Assembly (NCBI RefSeq): GCF_020745735.1
Contig: NC_083435.1
Coordinates: 11,067,201-11,131,200, forward strand
Direction: 5' to 3'
Length of the DNA stretch: 64,000 bases
DNA from: Hemiscyllium ocellatum
Lineage: Eukaryota
In this document: positions 21,960 to 35,049 of the stretch, one piece after another
Numbering within the stretch: position 1 is the first letter of the stretch
Layout of the letters: each line of letters opens with the position of its first letter
The notes under the pieces: generated by a model
What the model was told of the DNA's origin: nothing
Databases searched by the model: none
The model's input: only the letters and a program-made list of their open reading frames with translations
Translations under genes and position numbers: made by a program

Positions 21960-24215
21960 AAGTTCAAAAGAAACATTATTTATGCGGAAGACAATGTTCA
22001 GTTTGGGGGAAGGAGTGGAAATGGGGAGATTGGAGGGGTGCAAATTGCTGGAGATGGAGCCCAGAGACAGGCAGACAGAGAGATGAAAGTAGTGGGTAAA
22101 CAAGGAGATTACGGATGGCAGGCCAGGACAGAATAGAAGCTGAATAAGTGATAATAGGGGCAAAGAGAAGGAGAAAGTGTGTGAGCTGTATGATAGCAAT
22201 CCAACTAGTTTGATAACAGATCTTAGAGTATGTGGGAATAGGTGACTGTGCTAAAACCAACCCCTGTCAGTACAGGACCTGGTGTGGTATAGGTAAAAAC
22301 ACTGAAAGATGGAATCAGACTCTAAAGTTATTGAACGTGATGTTGAGCCCTAAAGGCTGCAGTGTCCCAAAGCTGAAAATGAGCTACTGTTCTTCAAGCT
22401 TGCACTGGAGGCTCACTGGAACACTGCAGCAGGCCTGAGACAGAGATATTGGCCAGGCATGTGGAAATGGCAACTGGAAGCTCAAGGTCATTCTTGCAAA
22501 TAGAATATTGATGTTTTGCAATGTGGTCACCCACTTTGTCTTTTGATTTCCTAATTTAGAAGGGACTGCACTGTGAACAGCAAATACCAGATTGAGTGAA
22601 GGGCAGGTAAATCATTGCTTCAGCTGGAAGATATTTCAGGGGGCCTGGATCCAGAGGAAGGAGAAGGTATATGGGCAGGTTTTACATATTCTCTGATTCC
22701 TTGGGAAGGTGCCATGAGAGTGTGGGGAGATTTGGGAGTGGACGAAAAGTGGGCCAGAGTCTCCTGGAGGGATTGGCCCTTGCAGAGCTTTCAATTTCCA
22801 CCCTACCGTCACGTTCACCTGGTCCATCCCTGACTCCCCCATTCCCTTCTCAAATTCCATTTTGGGGAATAGGATGGCTACGAACAAACTCACCATCTCC
22901 CATAGTGACCATGTCTACACATCCTCTCACCCTGCCTCTCGTAAAGACTCCATCCCATTGCCGCAGTTTCTCCACCTCCATTACATCTGTTCTGATGATA
23001 CCACCTTCCACATGGTGCTGCCTCCAAAATGTCCACCCTTTTCCTCAATCAAGGATTCCCCACTACTTGGGGTTGCAGGGCCCTTCGCCATGTTTAACCT
23101 ATCTCCTGTTCTTCACCCATACCCCTTTTCTCTTCCCTCCCACAATGACAGTGTCACTGTACTCCTCATTTACCACTTGACCAGCTTATGCATCGAAACA
23201 ATCTTTAGCTGCCATTTCCACCATATCCAGCAGGATTCTATCACCAGACACATATTCCCTTCTCCTACCTTGTCAGCTTTCCACATGGACCATTCCCTCC
23301 GCCACACACTGGTCTACTCCTCCTTCACTTCCAACACCCTCTCAGACCCCAAACACTTTTCCATGCAATTGCAGAAGGTTTAACACCAGCCTGTTCACCT
23401 CCCCCTCCTCACTATCCAGTGTGCCAGACATACCTTTCTGGTAAAGCAGTAATTTACCTGCACCACTCCATCTAATCTGCTGTATTTGCTGTTCACAATG
23501 TGGTCTCCTCTACATTAGGGAGATGTAAAGCAAACTGGGCAACCACTTTGCAAAACACCTATTTTCTGTCCACAAAAATGACACTAAGCTTCTAGTTGCC
23601 TGCCTCTTCAACACACCACTGCATTCTTTAGCCAACATTTCTGTTGCAAGTTCAGCATAGTCTTCCAGACAGCATCAGCACAAACTCAAAGAACAGCATC
23701 TCATTCACCATTTGGGAACACTGCAGCCTCTGGGACTCAAGGTCAAGTTCAATAAATTTGATCATTTCATTTTTTTTAAACTCACTCACACCAGGTCTGT
23801 CCTGATATGTGTTGCTTTAAGCAGTCACCCATGCTCACGGAATTCTAGAACCCACTGTCAACACACATGCATTGCATTCAGTACAGCTCACCTATTTCCC
23901 CACTTATCACTCTTATTATCACTTCTTCTTCTGTCCTGAATTTCTATCCACAGCCTCCTTATTGACATACACCTTTCATCTCTCTCTCTCTTTCTCATGG
24001 ACTCCATCTCCACCTATCCACTCATTTCTCCCCGCACCCTTCTCCAAACTTCAGTTTCAGCATACTTACCACATGTTCCTAATTGCTAACTGCTCTAATC
24101 AAGAGTCACTGGACTCGAAAGGGTAACACTGCTTTCTTCTCATTGGAGACACCAGATCTGCTGAGATTCTCCAGGAATTTCTGCTTTTGTTTCAGGTCAC
24201 CAGCGTCTGCAGTTC
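21960..24215. mobile_element. Old PLE copies back-to-back (minus ~21960..22790; plus ~22790..24215), degenerate
   Basis: Plus: FHPTVTFTWS, DHVYTSSHPASRKDSIPLPQFLHLHYICS, decayed GIY-YIG and terminal HHR remnant (~24105); minus: decayed GIY-YIG/3' region. Confidence 0.75.
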
Positions 24216-24419
24216 TTTATTTATAATTGATTAGACTAGAGTTAGTTTCATCAAAGCAGAGGAGACTGGGGAGCTGATTGAGATGTCACACATTATGAGG
24301 GGCATAGGTTGGTTACATTCTCTTGGTAGAGGGATCAATGACCAGGGGACATAGATTTAAGGTAAGGGACCGGAGGTGTCCAGGGAATGTCCAGAAAAAT
24401 GATTTCATGCAGAGCGAGA

Positions 24420-27400
24420 TGGGAATCTCTTCTGGGGTAGAAGGGACCTGTACAAGAAGGATAGATTGCACCTGAATTGGAAGGGAACTAATATACTTTA
24501 CACGAGCTGCTCGGGAAGATTTAAACTAGTAAGGTGAGGGGGTGGAACCCAGGGAAACAGTGAGGAAAGTGATCAATCTGAGGCTAGTGCAGTTGGGAAA
24601 GGGAGCAAGTCAAACAGGGCAAGAAGGAACAAAGTAGAGAAGAAGGTACGACTGTTAAATGTAATGGCATTTGCTTCAATGCAAGAGGCCTAACAGGGAA
24701 GGCAGATGAACTCAGAGCATGGTGAGGAACATGGGTTTGGGATGTCATAGCAATTACAGAAACATGGCTCACAATGGACAGGACTGGCAGCTTAATGTTC
24801 CAGGATACAAATGCAATAGGAACGATAGAAAGGGAGGCAAGAGAGGAAGGGGAGTGACATTTTTGATATGGGATAGCATTATTGCTAATTTAAGGAAGAT
24901 ATTACTGGGAATGCATCCAGGCAAGTTATTCGGGTGGAACTGAGAAATAAGAAAGGAATGATCACCTTATTGGGATTGTATTATTGACCACTAATAGTTA
25001 GTGGGAAATTGAGATATAGATTTGTAAGGAGATTTCAGTTATCTGTAGGAATAATAGGGTGGTTATGGTAGGAGATTTAAACTTTCCAAACACTGGGACT
25101 GCCATAGTGTTAAGGGTTGAGGTGGAGAGGAATTTGTTAGGTGTGGACAACAAAATTTTCTGATTCAGTATGTGAATGTTCTGACTCGGGAAGGAGCAAA
25201 ACTTGCCCTACTCTTGGAAAGTAAGGGAGGGCAGGTGACTGAGGTGTCAGTGGGAGGAGCACTTTAGGCCAGAGACCATAATTCTATTAGTTTTAGAATA
25301 GTGATGGAAAAGGATAGATCAGATCTAAAAGTTGAAATTCTAAATTGGAGAAAGGCCAATTTTGACGGCATTAGGCAAGAACTTTTGAAAGCTGATTGGG
25401 GACAGATGTTCTCAGGTAAAGGGATGGCTGGAAAATGGGAATCCTTCAGAAATGAGATAACGAGAATCCAGAGAAAGTATATTCCTGGTAGAGTGAAAGT
25501 AAAGGCTGATAGGGAAAAGTAGGGAATGCTGGATGATGAAAGACATTGAGAGTTTGGTTAAGAAATAGAAGGAGGCATAGGACGGTATAGACAAGATAGA
25601 TTGAGTGATTCCTTAGAGAGTATAAAGATAGTGTTAAGGGCTTAGATGGAGAAGAATTTGTTAAGTGCATACAAGACAATTTTCTGATTCAGTATGCGGA
25701 TGTACCTACAAGAGAAGGTGCAAACCTTGACCTACTCTTGGGAAATAAGGCAGGACAGATGACTGAGCTATCAGTGGGGGAGTACTTTGGGGCCAGAGAC
25801 CGCAATTTTATTAGATTTAAAATAGTGTTGGAAAAGGGTAGACCAGATCTAAAAGTTGAAGTTCTAAATTGGGGAAAGGCCAATTTTGACGGTATTAGGC
25901 AAGAACTTTTGAAAGCTGATTGGGGGCAGATGTTTACAGGTAAAGGGACAGCTGGAAAATGGGAAGCCTTCAGAAATGAGATAATGAGAATCCAGAGAAA
26001 GTATATTCCTGTTAGGGTGAAAGGAAAGGCTGGTAGGTATAGGGAATGCAAGATGACTAAAGAAATTGAGGGTCTGGTTAAGAAAAAGAAGGTAGCATAT
26101 GTAAGGTATAGACAGGATAGATGAATGAATCCTTAGAAGAGGAAATAGGAAGTAGGAGTATACTTATAAGGGAAATCAGGAGGTCAAAAAGGGGACATGA
26201 GATAGCTTTGGCAAATAGAATTAAGGAGAATCCAAAGAGCTTTTACAAATACATTAGGACAAAGGGTAACAAGGGAGAAACTAGGGCCCCTCAAAGATCA
26301 GCAAGGTGGCCTTTGTGTGGAGCTGCAGAAAATGGGGAGATACGAAATTAGTATTTTGCATCAGTATTTAATGTGGAAGAGGATATGGAAGATATAGAGT
26401 GTAGGGAAATGATGGTGACATCTTGCAAAATGTCTATATTACGGAGGAGGATGTGCTGGATGTCTTGAAATGGGTAAAGGTGGATAAATCCCCAGGTCCT
26501 GATCAGGTGTTGTGGGAAACTAGAGAAGTGATTCCTGGACCTCTTGCTGAAATATTTGTATCATCGATAATCACAGGTGAGGTGCTGGAAGACTTGGTTG
26601 GCTAATGTGGTGCCACTGTTTAAAAAGGGTGGTAAGGACAAGCCAGGGAACTATAGACCAGTGATCCTCATGTCGGTGGTGTGCAAGTTGCTGGAGGAAA
26701 TCCTGAGGGACAGGATTTACATGTATTTGGAAAGGCAAGGACTGATTCGGGATAGTCAACATGGCTTTGTGCGTGGGAAATCATGTCTCACAAACTTGAT
26801 AGAATTTTTTGAGGAAGTAACAAAGAGGATTGATGACAGCAGAGTGGTAGATGTGATCTATATGGACTTCAATAAGGCATTTGACAAGGTTCCCCATGGG
26901 AGACTGATTAGCAAGGTTAGATCTCACAGAATACAGGGAGAACTCACAATTTAGATACGGAACTGGCTCAAAGGTAGAAGACAGAGGGTGGTGGTGGAGG
27001 ATTGTTTTTCAGATGGGAGGCCTATGACCAGTGCAGTACCAAAGGATCGGTGCTTGGTCCTCTACTTTTTGTCATTTACTAAAATGATTAGGATGTAGGA
27101 AGTTTGCTGATGACATCAATATTGGATAGCGAAGAGGGTTACCACAGATTACAACAGTATCTTGATCAGATGGGCCAATGTGCAGAGAAGTGGCAGATGG
27201 AGTTTAATTCAGATAAATGCGAGGTGCTGCATTTTGGGAAAGCAAATCTTAGCAGTACTTATGCACTTAATGGTAAGGTCCTAGGGAGTGTTGCTGAACA
27301 AAGAGACCTTGGAGTGCTCATAGCTCATTGAAATGGAGTCGCAGGTAGCTTGGATAGTGAAGAAGGCATTTGGTATGCTTTCCTTTATTGGTCAGAGTAT

Positions 27401-27990
27401 TGAGTACAGGAGTTAGGAAGTCATGTTGCGGCTGTATAGGACATTGGTTAGGCCACTGTTGGAATATTGTGTACAATTCTGGTCTCCTTCCTATCGGAAA
27501 GATATTGTGTAACTTGAAAGGGTTCAGAAAAGATGTACAAGGATGTTGCCAGGATTGGAGGATCTGAGCTACAGGGAGAGTCTGAACAGTCTGGGGCTAT
27601 TTTCCTGGGGCATCAGAGACTGAGGGGTGACCTTATAGAGGTTTATATAATTATGAAGGGCATGGATAGGCAAAGTCTTTTCCCTGGGGTGGGGGAGTCC
27701 AGAAGTAGAGGTTATAGGTTTAGGGTGAGAGGGGAAAGATATAAAACAGACCTAACAGGCAACTTTTCAAACAGAGGGTGGTATGTGTATGGAATGAGTT
27801 GCCAGAGGATGTGGTGGAGGCTGGTACAATTGCAACATTTTAGATGCATTTGGATGGGTGTATGAATGGGAAGGGTTTGGAGGGATATGGGCTGGGTGCT
27901 GGCAGGTGGGACTAGATTGGGTTGGGATATCTGGTCGGAATGGACAAGTTGGACCGAAGGTTCTGTTTCCATGTTATATGTCTCTGTGAC
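24420..27990 (+). mobile_element. CR1 LINE, ~3.6 kb, ORF1 3' end plus disrupted ORF2, with internal ~524-bp duplication
   Basis: Esterase-like ORF1 end (RRDLYKKDRLHLNWKGTN), APE (NARGLTGKADEL), RT (NYRPVILMS, VDVIYMDFNKAFDKVPH, FADD, QGSVLGP); many stops and frameshifts. Antisense in the IgV-IgC intron of gene B. Confidence 0.92.
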
Positions 27991-29138
27991 TCGATGACTC
28001 AATGTATGTTTGCAATACGAAAGCAAAGTGCCAAATGCAGGAAAATAGGATTAGAATAGTTACCTGCTTGTTATTGAATGGGGCAGATGGGGCAAAGGCC
28101 CTTTATGCAAAGCCAGCCTCGATGACTACATTCCAGCAGATGAATTGTGGGAAACAAAGAACTTAATGCAGAGAAGAGCTGGAGAGGTCCATTCAATCCC
28201 AGATGCCTGTCCCATTACTCAATGTGATCATTGTTAATTCTCCACCTCAACTCCAAATTCCCACTCTTTCCACATGTTCTTTATATTACCTCAGCTTCCA
28301 AAAATATATCTCTTTCTTAAATATACTCAATGTCTGGCCATCCCTGGCTGAGGATGAAAAGACATGCCCCAAGCGTGGGTGCACGGGATTGATCGCTGGT
28401 CAAGTGGATTGCTCTGTGAGCATTGAATGGACTGTTCTGTCCTTTCTAGGGATTAGAAGTGTGAGAGGTGAAAGCATTCTGGTAGGATTTGAGAGGAACA
28501 GGAGCAGGTAATTCAGCCCCTCAAGCCTATTACAGCATTCTGTGAGATCATGGCTGATCCGTGGCCTCACTCACTGCCTTTGGCCAATATCCCTCAATCC
28601 ATCAAAAAGTTAGTCTATCACAGATTAAAAATAGGGTCTACATGGAGAGTTTGTTTCTCGTGCTGACTGAGCTAAAACATCTTCTACTCCAGGGCTCTGG
28701 AAATACTCAGTATGTGAACACTCACCTCAGAAATCTTTTCATTCCTGGTATTCAGGGATGTGGGGAGAGGACCTTGAATGTGGAAGTAAAATTCAAATCA
28801 GCCATAATAGTGAAATAAAATTAAAATATTGAACTGTGGGGCAGCCTGGAGGGACCGAATGGTCTTTTCTCACTTCAGTGGAATGAGACAGTGAGGCAAA
28901 GGTTCCCAACACTCTGAGTGAAGAACTAACCCCCTGTCTCAGTGCTAAGTGACCATCCCCTTATCCTGAAACTGCGTCCCCATGTTCTAGATACCTCCGT
29001 CAGCAGAAACAGCCTCTCAGGGTCTATCCTGTCAGGATCTATTTGCATTCTGCTGGGTTCTGAGTCAATGTTTATCCTTCACCTCAATAACCTGTCCCTG
29101 AGGAGGTCAGCTAGTGTGTTTACAAAATGGTCACTGAC

Positions 29139-29513
29139 CTGTCACATCTAGCGTGAGTTTGAACTCATTGTGTTTGATTCCAGAAGCAACGAAGCACTTG
29201 TACTGTCCCCTGTCAGAGACTCGGACATCCTTCAGCCTGAGAGAGATATTCCCCTTTGCCACTTCATCGAGAAACAGTTCAGTTCGGCCTCTGTAGGCCA
29301 AGTGCTGGGATGCCAAGTCGTCTGCTCCTTCGGTGTACAAGTGGACAGGTGAGCTATAGCCATAGACCATGTTGATCCAGCGGACCTCCATATTCTTTGG
29401 GACTTTGGTCATGACCAAGACACAGTCCAGGACCACACTGCCCCCGACAACCCCCATGATGGGGGATGATGGTCCCGTCACCTCTAAATCTCCCGCTGTT
29501 TCTGTAGGAGTCA
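29139..29513 (-). CDS. Gene B IgV exon (375 nt, includes the end of the signal peptide)
   Basis: ctctctctag|TG..: TPTETAG-DLEVTGP...VLDC...VRW...YRGRTELF...GNISLRLKDVRVSDRGQYKC...LDVT; donor ACAG|gtcagt; in-frame alternative acceptor gives a start at 29501. Confidence 0.93.
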
Positions 29514-30649
29514 CTAGAGAGAGAATCAAATTGATTGGTCATTACTCAGGCTACTACAGCTGTATATTAATGTTTGTAATAGAGAAAGAGGGAGAGGCCG
29601 GGGGACAGAGAATGATTGAGGGAGAAACAGGAGCACCGAAGGATGGAGATGGAGAGGGAGGGATTAACAGAGATAATGACAGATAGGACGGGCAGGGAGG
29701 GATACATACAGAAATGGGGAACAGAGGGACATGAAAATTCAGAGAGTCATAGAGTTGTACAGCACTGAAACAGACCCTTTGGTCCAACTTGTCCATGCCG
29801 ACCAGGTATCCTAAATTCATCTGAACCCATCTGTCAGCACTTGGCCCACATCCTTCTAATCCCTTCATATTCATATGCCCATCCAGATGCCTTTTAAATG
29901 CTGTAATTGTACTAGCCTCCATCACTTCCTCTGGCAGCTCATTCCATAATAGCCCTGCCTTTTGCATGAAATAGTTGCCCTTCAGGTAAATTTTAAATCT
30001 TTATCCTCTCACCCTAAGCCTATGCCCTTGAGTTCTGGACTTCCCCGACGCAGGGAAAAGACATTGTCTATTGCCCCTCATGACTTTATAAACCTTTATA
30101 AAGTCACCCCTCAGCCTCTGATGCTCCAGGGTCTGAAGCCTGCAGCCTCTCCCTATAGCTCAAACCCTCCAACATTGGCAACATCCTTGTAAACTTTTTC
30201 TGAACCCTTCCAAGTTTCATAACATCCTTCCTACAGGAGGGAGACCAGACTTTCACACAATATGCCAAAAGTGGCCGAACCAATGTATAGTTCCAACGTG
30301 AACAACCAACTACCTACACTCGATGCTTTGACCAGTAAAGAGGGACAAAGAGTGAGTGGGAGAGAGGGACAGAAAAAAGTGAAGAATAGAGAAACACAGG
30401 GAGGAAAAACAGACAAAAACTAAATTATTTTGCGTTCTTATTTCACCTGTCACATTTTCAGAATATTTTAATGTTGCCTAGTCTGAAACACAACAGACAG
30501 TTTATTCTTTGTAAGGTACCAAATAGAACAATGAGGTATAAGGCTGGATACCCTTTTTTTAGTGTCTTTACATTCACCAGAGGACAGATGAGGCCAGTGT
30601 CTGATGGCTCAAATATCTCCAAATATTGGCAACTCCAACTTTGCAGCAT

Positions 30650-30800
30650 CTCCTCGGTACTGACCTTATCACAGTGAAGTATTCCCTCAGTACTGGCACT
30701 ATGACAGTGAAATATTCTCCCAGTATTGACCCTATGACAGTGAAATATTCTCCCAGTACTGACCCTATGACAGTGCAGCACTCGTCAACACTGACCTTCC
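30650..30800. repeat. 33-bp minisatellite (~4.5 units; ~2.5 units in the paralogous unit at ~33150..33230)
   Basis: tgaccctatgacagtgaaatattctcccagtac consensus. Confidence 0.8.
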
Positions 30801-30937
30801 AATAGTGCAATATGCACTCAAACTAAACCTCTGACATTGCAATACTCCCTTGGTACCAAGGGAATCCACCCAGATTACATATTCAAATCTCTAGTGTGAG
30901 TACTGATTTTTAGTATTTTTGAAATTCATTTCCCTAC

Positions 30938-30977
30938 TATGAAAGATCCAAATGAGAACCTGGAGCAGAAGAAACAT
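30938..30977 (-). CDS. Gene B candidate signal-peptide exon, proximal copy (MFLLLQVLIWIFH)
   Basis: ttcccag|A-ATG...CAT-A|gtaggg; 41-nt exon (30938..30978), phase 1, in frame with the IgV exon; donor is weak. Confidence 0.5.
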
Positions 30978-31949
30978 TCTGGGAATTCAGAAATCCAGCA
31001 TCGGCAGATCCAAGGAATGATGTGTTGTAGCTGTCTAAAATGTTACCAGAGAGTCTACATCAATAAGAAGATATTCATGCGAGTCAGCATCAATGCAATT
31101 AATGGTCACCGAGAGCAGCAACATTTGAGTATATATCAGTACAAGTGCTGACATATACACCCACATAAGCTGACATACACATATACATATACTGAAATAT
31201 ACAAATGCGTATGAACATATACACTCACATATACTGAATCATATGCCCACATGCTGACGCATACACCATGTACTGAAATGTACACACATGTACACATCCA
31301 CATATACTGGCAGGAACATGTTGACTTCCATCCAGTTACATGCATGCCTTCCCAATTTTCATATTATTCTCCTCTCCATTTATATATTTTTCACTAACTT
31401 GTCCATCTGTGTTACTCTTCCAAAGCTGGCAAATAAAGAGATGGGATAGACTGAGTTTGTGATCCATGGAGCAGAGGAGACTGAAGGGAGACATAATTGA
31501 GATGTGTTAAACTAGGAGCGACATGGAGATGGTTGACAGGAAGAAACTTTTTCCCCTTGGTGGAATATCAATGATTTAAGGTAAAGTGAAGGATGTTTAG
31601 ATGGTTTGTGAAGAACATTATTTTCACTTGGAGGATGGTGGGAATCTGGAACGCTCTGACTGGGAAGGCTGGTCGAGGCAGAAATATTCAGAACATTTCT
31701 GAAGGTCGGTAAATCACTGGGGTCAGATGAATTACATCCAATGCTGTTAAAAGTAAGTCGTGGATAAAAACAAAAGTCCCTCTGAGGGTCATCTTCCAGT
31801 CCTTACTAGACACTGGCAAGGTACCAGATGATTTGAGGTCTGCAGTTGCTGAGATATCATTGATAGTCACAGGTAAAGTGCCGGAAGACTGGAGGTTAGC
31901 AAATATGGTGCCACTATTTAAGGAAGGTGGGAAGGATAAACCAGGGAAC

Positions 31950-32052
31950 GATAGATAGATAGATAAGATCGATAAGATAGACAGATAGATAGACAGATAG
32001 ATAGACAGACAGACAGATAGACAGACAGATAGACAGACAGATAGACAGACAG
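31950..32052. repeat. (GATA)n/(GACA)n microsatellite between the duplicated units
   Basis: gatagatagatag...acagatagacagacag. Confidence 0.9.
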
Positions 32053-33370
32053 AGGCAGAAAGTGATGAGGACACAGAGGGAGGGATAGAGAGAGATAAAG
32101 CCAGACATGAAGAGATAGTGAGGCAGGGAGGGATAGAAACAGACATAAGGAACAGATGGACAGATGAAGAGTCATCGAGTCATCGAGATGTACAGCATAG
32201 AAACAAACCCTTCAGTCAAATTCATCCATGCCAACTAGAAATCCTAAATTATTCTACTCCCATTTGTCAGCAATTGGCGCATATCCCTCTCAATCTTTCC
32301 TATTCACATACCCATCCAGATGCCTTGTAATTGTTGTAATTGTACCAACCTCCACCACTTCCTCTGGCAGCTCATTCTATATACGTACCATCCCCTGGGT
32401 GCCCCTTAGGTCCCTTTTAAGTCTTTCCCCTCTCATGCTAAACCTATGCCTTCTAGTTCTGGACTCCCGTAACCCAGTCAAAAGACCTTGTCTAATTACC
32501 CTGTCCATGCTCCTCATGATTTTATAAACCTTTATAAGGTCACCCCTCAGGCTCTGATGCTCCAGGGAAAACAGCACTAACCTATTCAGCCTCTCCTTAT
32601 AGCTCAAACACTCCTACCCTTGCAACATCCTTGTAAACTTTTTCGAAAGTCTTTCCAGTTTCACAACATCCTTCCGATAGGAATGAGACCAGAATTACAC
32701 ACAATATTCCAAAAGTGACCTAACCAATGGCCTGTACAGCTGCAACATGACTTCCCAACCCTGTACTCAATGCTGTGACCACTAAGAGCGGCAGAGACTG
32801 AGAGGGAGAAGGGGAGGGGGGGAGGGGGGGGGGTGGTGGTAGCCGAAAAAAAAGGATAGAGAAACACAAGGAAGAAAAACAGAAAGCTAAATTATTTTGC
32901 AATCTTATATCAGCTGTCATATTATCAGAATATTTTAGGATGCTTCTCAGTAATAAAACCCTATGAAATGCAGATGTCATTAACGAGTTGGAACACAACA
33001 GACAATTTTTGCATTGCAAGATACCAAATAGCACAATGCGATAAATGGCTGGATTACCTTTTTTTAATGTCTTCATCAGAGGATAGATGAAGCCAGTGTC
33101 TGATAGCTCAAATGTCTCCAAGTATTGGCAACTCCAACTTTGCTGCACCTTCTCAGTACTGACCCAAAGATGGTGAAATATTCCCTCAGCACCAACCCTA
33201 TGACAGTATAGCATTCCTCAACACTGTCCTTCCAATCATCTAATATATGCTCAAACTGACCCTCTGACATTGCAACGCTCCCTCAGTCCCTTCAGAATCA
33301 CCCTAGATTACATATTCAAATCTCTGACGCAAGTCCTGATTTTTATTATTTTTGAAATTCACTTGCGTAC

Positions 33371-33410
33371 CATGCAAGATCCAAATGAGAATCTGGAGCA
33401 GAAGGAACAT
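33371..33410 (-). CDS. Gene B candidate signal-peptide exon, distal copy (MFLLLQILIWILH)
   Basis: aattttcag|A-ATG...CAT-G|gtacgc; 41-nt exon (33371..33411); gives MFLLLQILIWILH-V-TPTETAG/DLEVTGP and accounts for the extra residues at the start of the IgV exon. Confidence 0.65.
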
Positions 33411-34308
33411 TCTGAAAATTCAGAAATCCAGCATCAGCAGATCCAGGGAATGATATGTCATAGCTGTCTAAAATATTACCAGAGAGTTTACATCAATAAC
33501 AATGTTAGAAGAGTCAGCATCAGTGCAATTTATGGGCATAATGGACAGTACTGAGAGCAGCCGCATTTGGCTATATATCTACATGTGCTGACATATACAC
33601 TACATATGCTGACGCACACATGCACATATACTGAAATACACATACATGTGTGAACATAAGCATTAACGTACTGAAATACACATCCACATATGCTGAAATG
33701 TACGCACACATGTATGAATATATAAACTGATATACTGAAATATACACTCATATGTGCTGACATATACACCATGTATTGTAACATATACACATTTACACAC
33801 CCGCATATACTGACATACACATGTAGACTCCCATGCCGTCCCAATTTTCATATGACTCTCCTCTTAGTTTATGCTAATTTGTGCATCTATGTTACTCTTC
33901 CAACGCTGGCAAATATTAGAGGTTGGATAGACTGAGTTAATGATCCATGGAGCAGAGGAGACAGAAGGGAGACGTAATTCAGATGTGTAAGATTAGGAGG
34001 GACATCGACAGGGTAAACAGGAAGAAACGTTTTCCCCTTGGTGGAATGGTCAATGATTTACGGTACAGGGAAGAGATTTAGATGGATTATGAGGAAAATC
34101 TTTTTCACTTGGAGGATAGTGAGAATCTGGAACTCACTGCCTGGGAAGGGTGATAGAGGCAGAACGAGACAGATCTTGGTTCGGTTCCGAGTCTGAGTCC
34201 CCTACCTCCCCCGGGACTGAGTGTGTTCGCGAGGAGCTCCCCACCAAGAGGGAGATCGGAGGCAATCACACAGAAATTGACAGAAGCTGAAATTCCCCCC
34301 AAACTCAC

Positions 34309-34560
34309 CGATTAAAATCCTCCAAAAGATTCAGAAAGGATGACAAAATGGAGCAGCGACCGGAGCCTTTCCGTTTACATTTGATAACCCTCCGTTTCCC
34401 ATTTGCAAGACTTAGAGCGGAAATTTTGAGGGTGTAAACTTCAAAAACTCCGGAGAAACTTGAGCTGAGCTTTCACCAGTTTATCTGCAGCTTCTGTCAC
34501 ATTGCAACACTGAAGTGTTTGCTCAACTTCCTGCCTCTTCGGGAATCCTGCTCGGGTTAA
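34309..34560 (-). promoter_or_regulatory. Probable non-coding first exon/promoter of gene B
   Basis: Consensus donor AATCG|gtgagt at 34309/34308; locally CpG-enriched; ETS-like acttcctg near 34523; no in-frame ATG upstream of the leader; carries a 23-codon uORF. Confidence 0.5.
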
Positions 34561-35049
34561 TTTCCATCGTTCGCTGTTTCAAGGAGAGGAAGGTCACACG
34601 CTCTCTTCCCCTAATCCCCCCCAATGTTAGCTTGTTTGTAAATACATTGTCTTTATGTCTTGCACACTCGTGTCCCCTCACAGGAAGTTCAGGACACCGA
34701 GAGAGATCGATTGGCCCCTCAAGTTGGTGAACACCCACCCAGTCTGAACCCACCTTCCACAACTTTATCTGCAGCCTCAGGTACATCGATTAAAAAATTT
34801 GTTATGAGGAGGGTTTCTGCCTCCATTCCCCTTTCAGAGAGTGAGGTCCTGATCCGGTTCTGGGTCTAAACACTTCGCTAATGTCCTTCCATTAATTTAC
34901 ATTCCTGGCCGTTGGTTATTACCCTGTCTGTTACAGAATCTGTCTAAAATGTTTACGAAGGCCACTTCCGTTATTAATATATCTCACTTAAACATCTCCT
35001 TAGCCTCATGCCGTTCAATCAAAAAAGCCCACCCCATTGTTAGATGCCT

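Larger units (their letters stand above)
29640..34170. repeat. Diverged tandem duplication, ~2.43-kb period (units ~29640..31690 and ~32060..34170)
   Basis: Both units carry a CR1 3' end, ctaaattattttgc, ggcaactccaactttgc, aagatccaaatgagaa, a catatac-rich tract and gatccatggagcagaggagac, in the same order; anchor offset 2433. Confidence 0.85.
12004..34500 (-). other. Butyrophilin-like gene B (whole locus; upstream end approximate)
   Basis: Coding exons 40+375+285+120+27+27+551 = 1425 nt, open frame, 474 aa (472 with the alternative acceptor); every coding junction phase 1 with GT/AG. Confidence 0.88.

Noticed and set aside
30458-33214. Paralogous ORFs 30458..30781 and 32720..33214 (MLHCHRV.../MLYCHRV...)
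   Set aside because: Produced by a 33-bp in-frame minisatellite plus the tandem duplication; they diverge in length and termination and lack splice support.
34309-34410. Coding leader in gene B's upstream exon
   Set aside because: The ATG frame (MGNGGL...HPF) stops before the donor; the leader-looking frame has TAA right after its ATG and again before the donor; the frame continuous with the mini-exon has no ATG. Treated as 5' UTR with a uORF.
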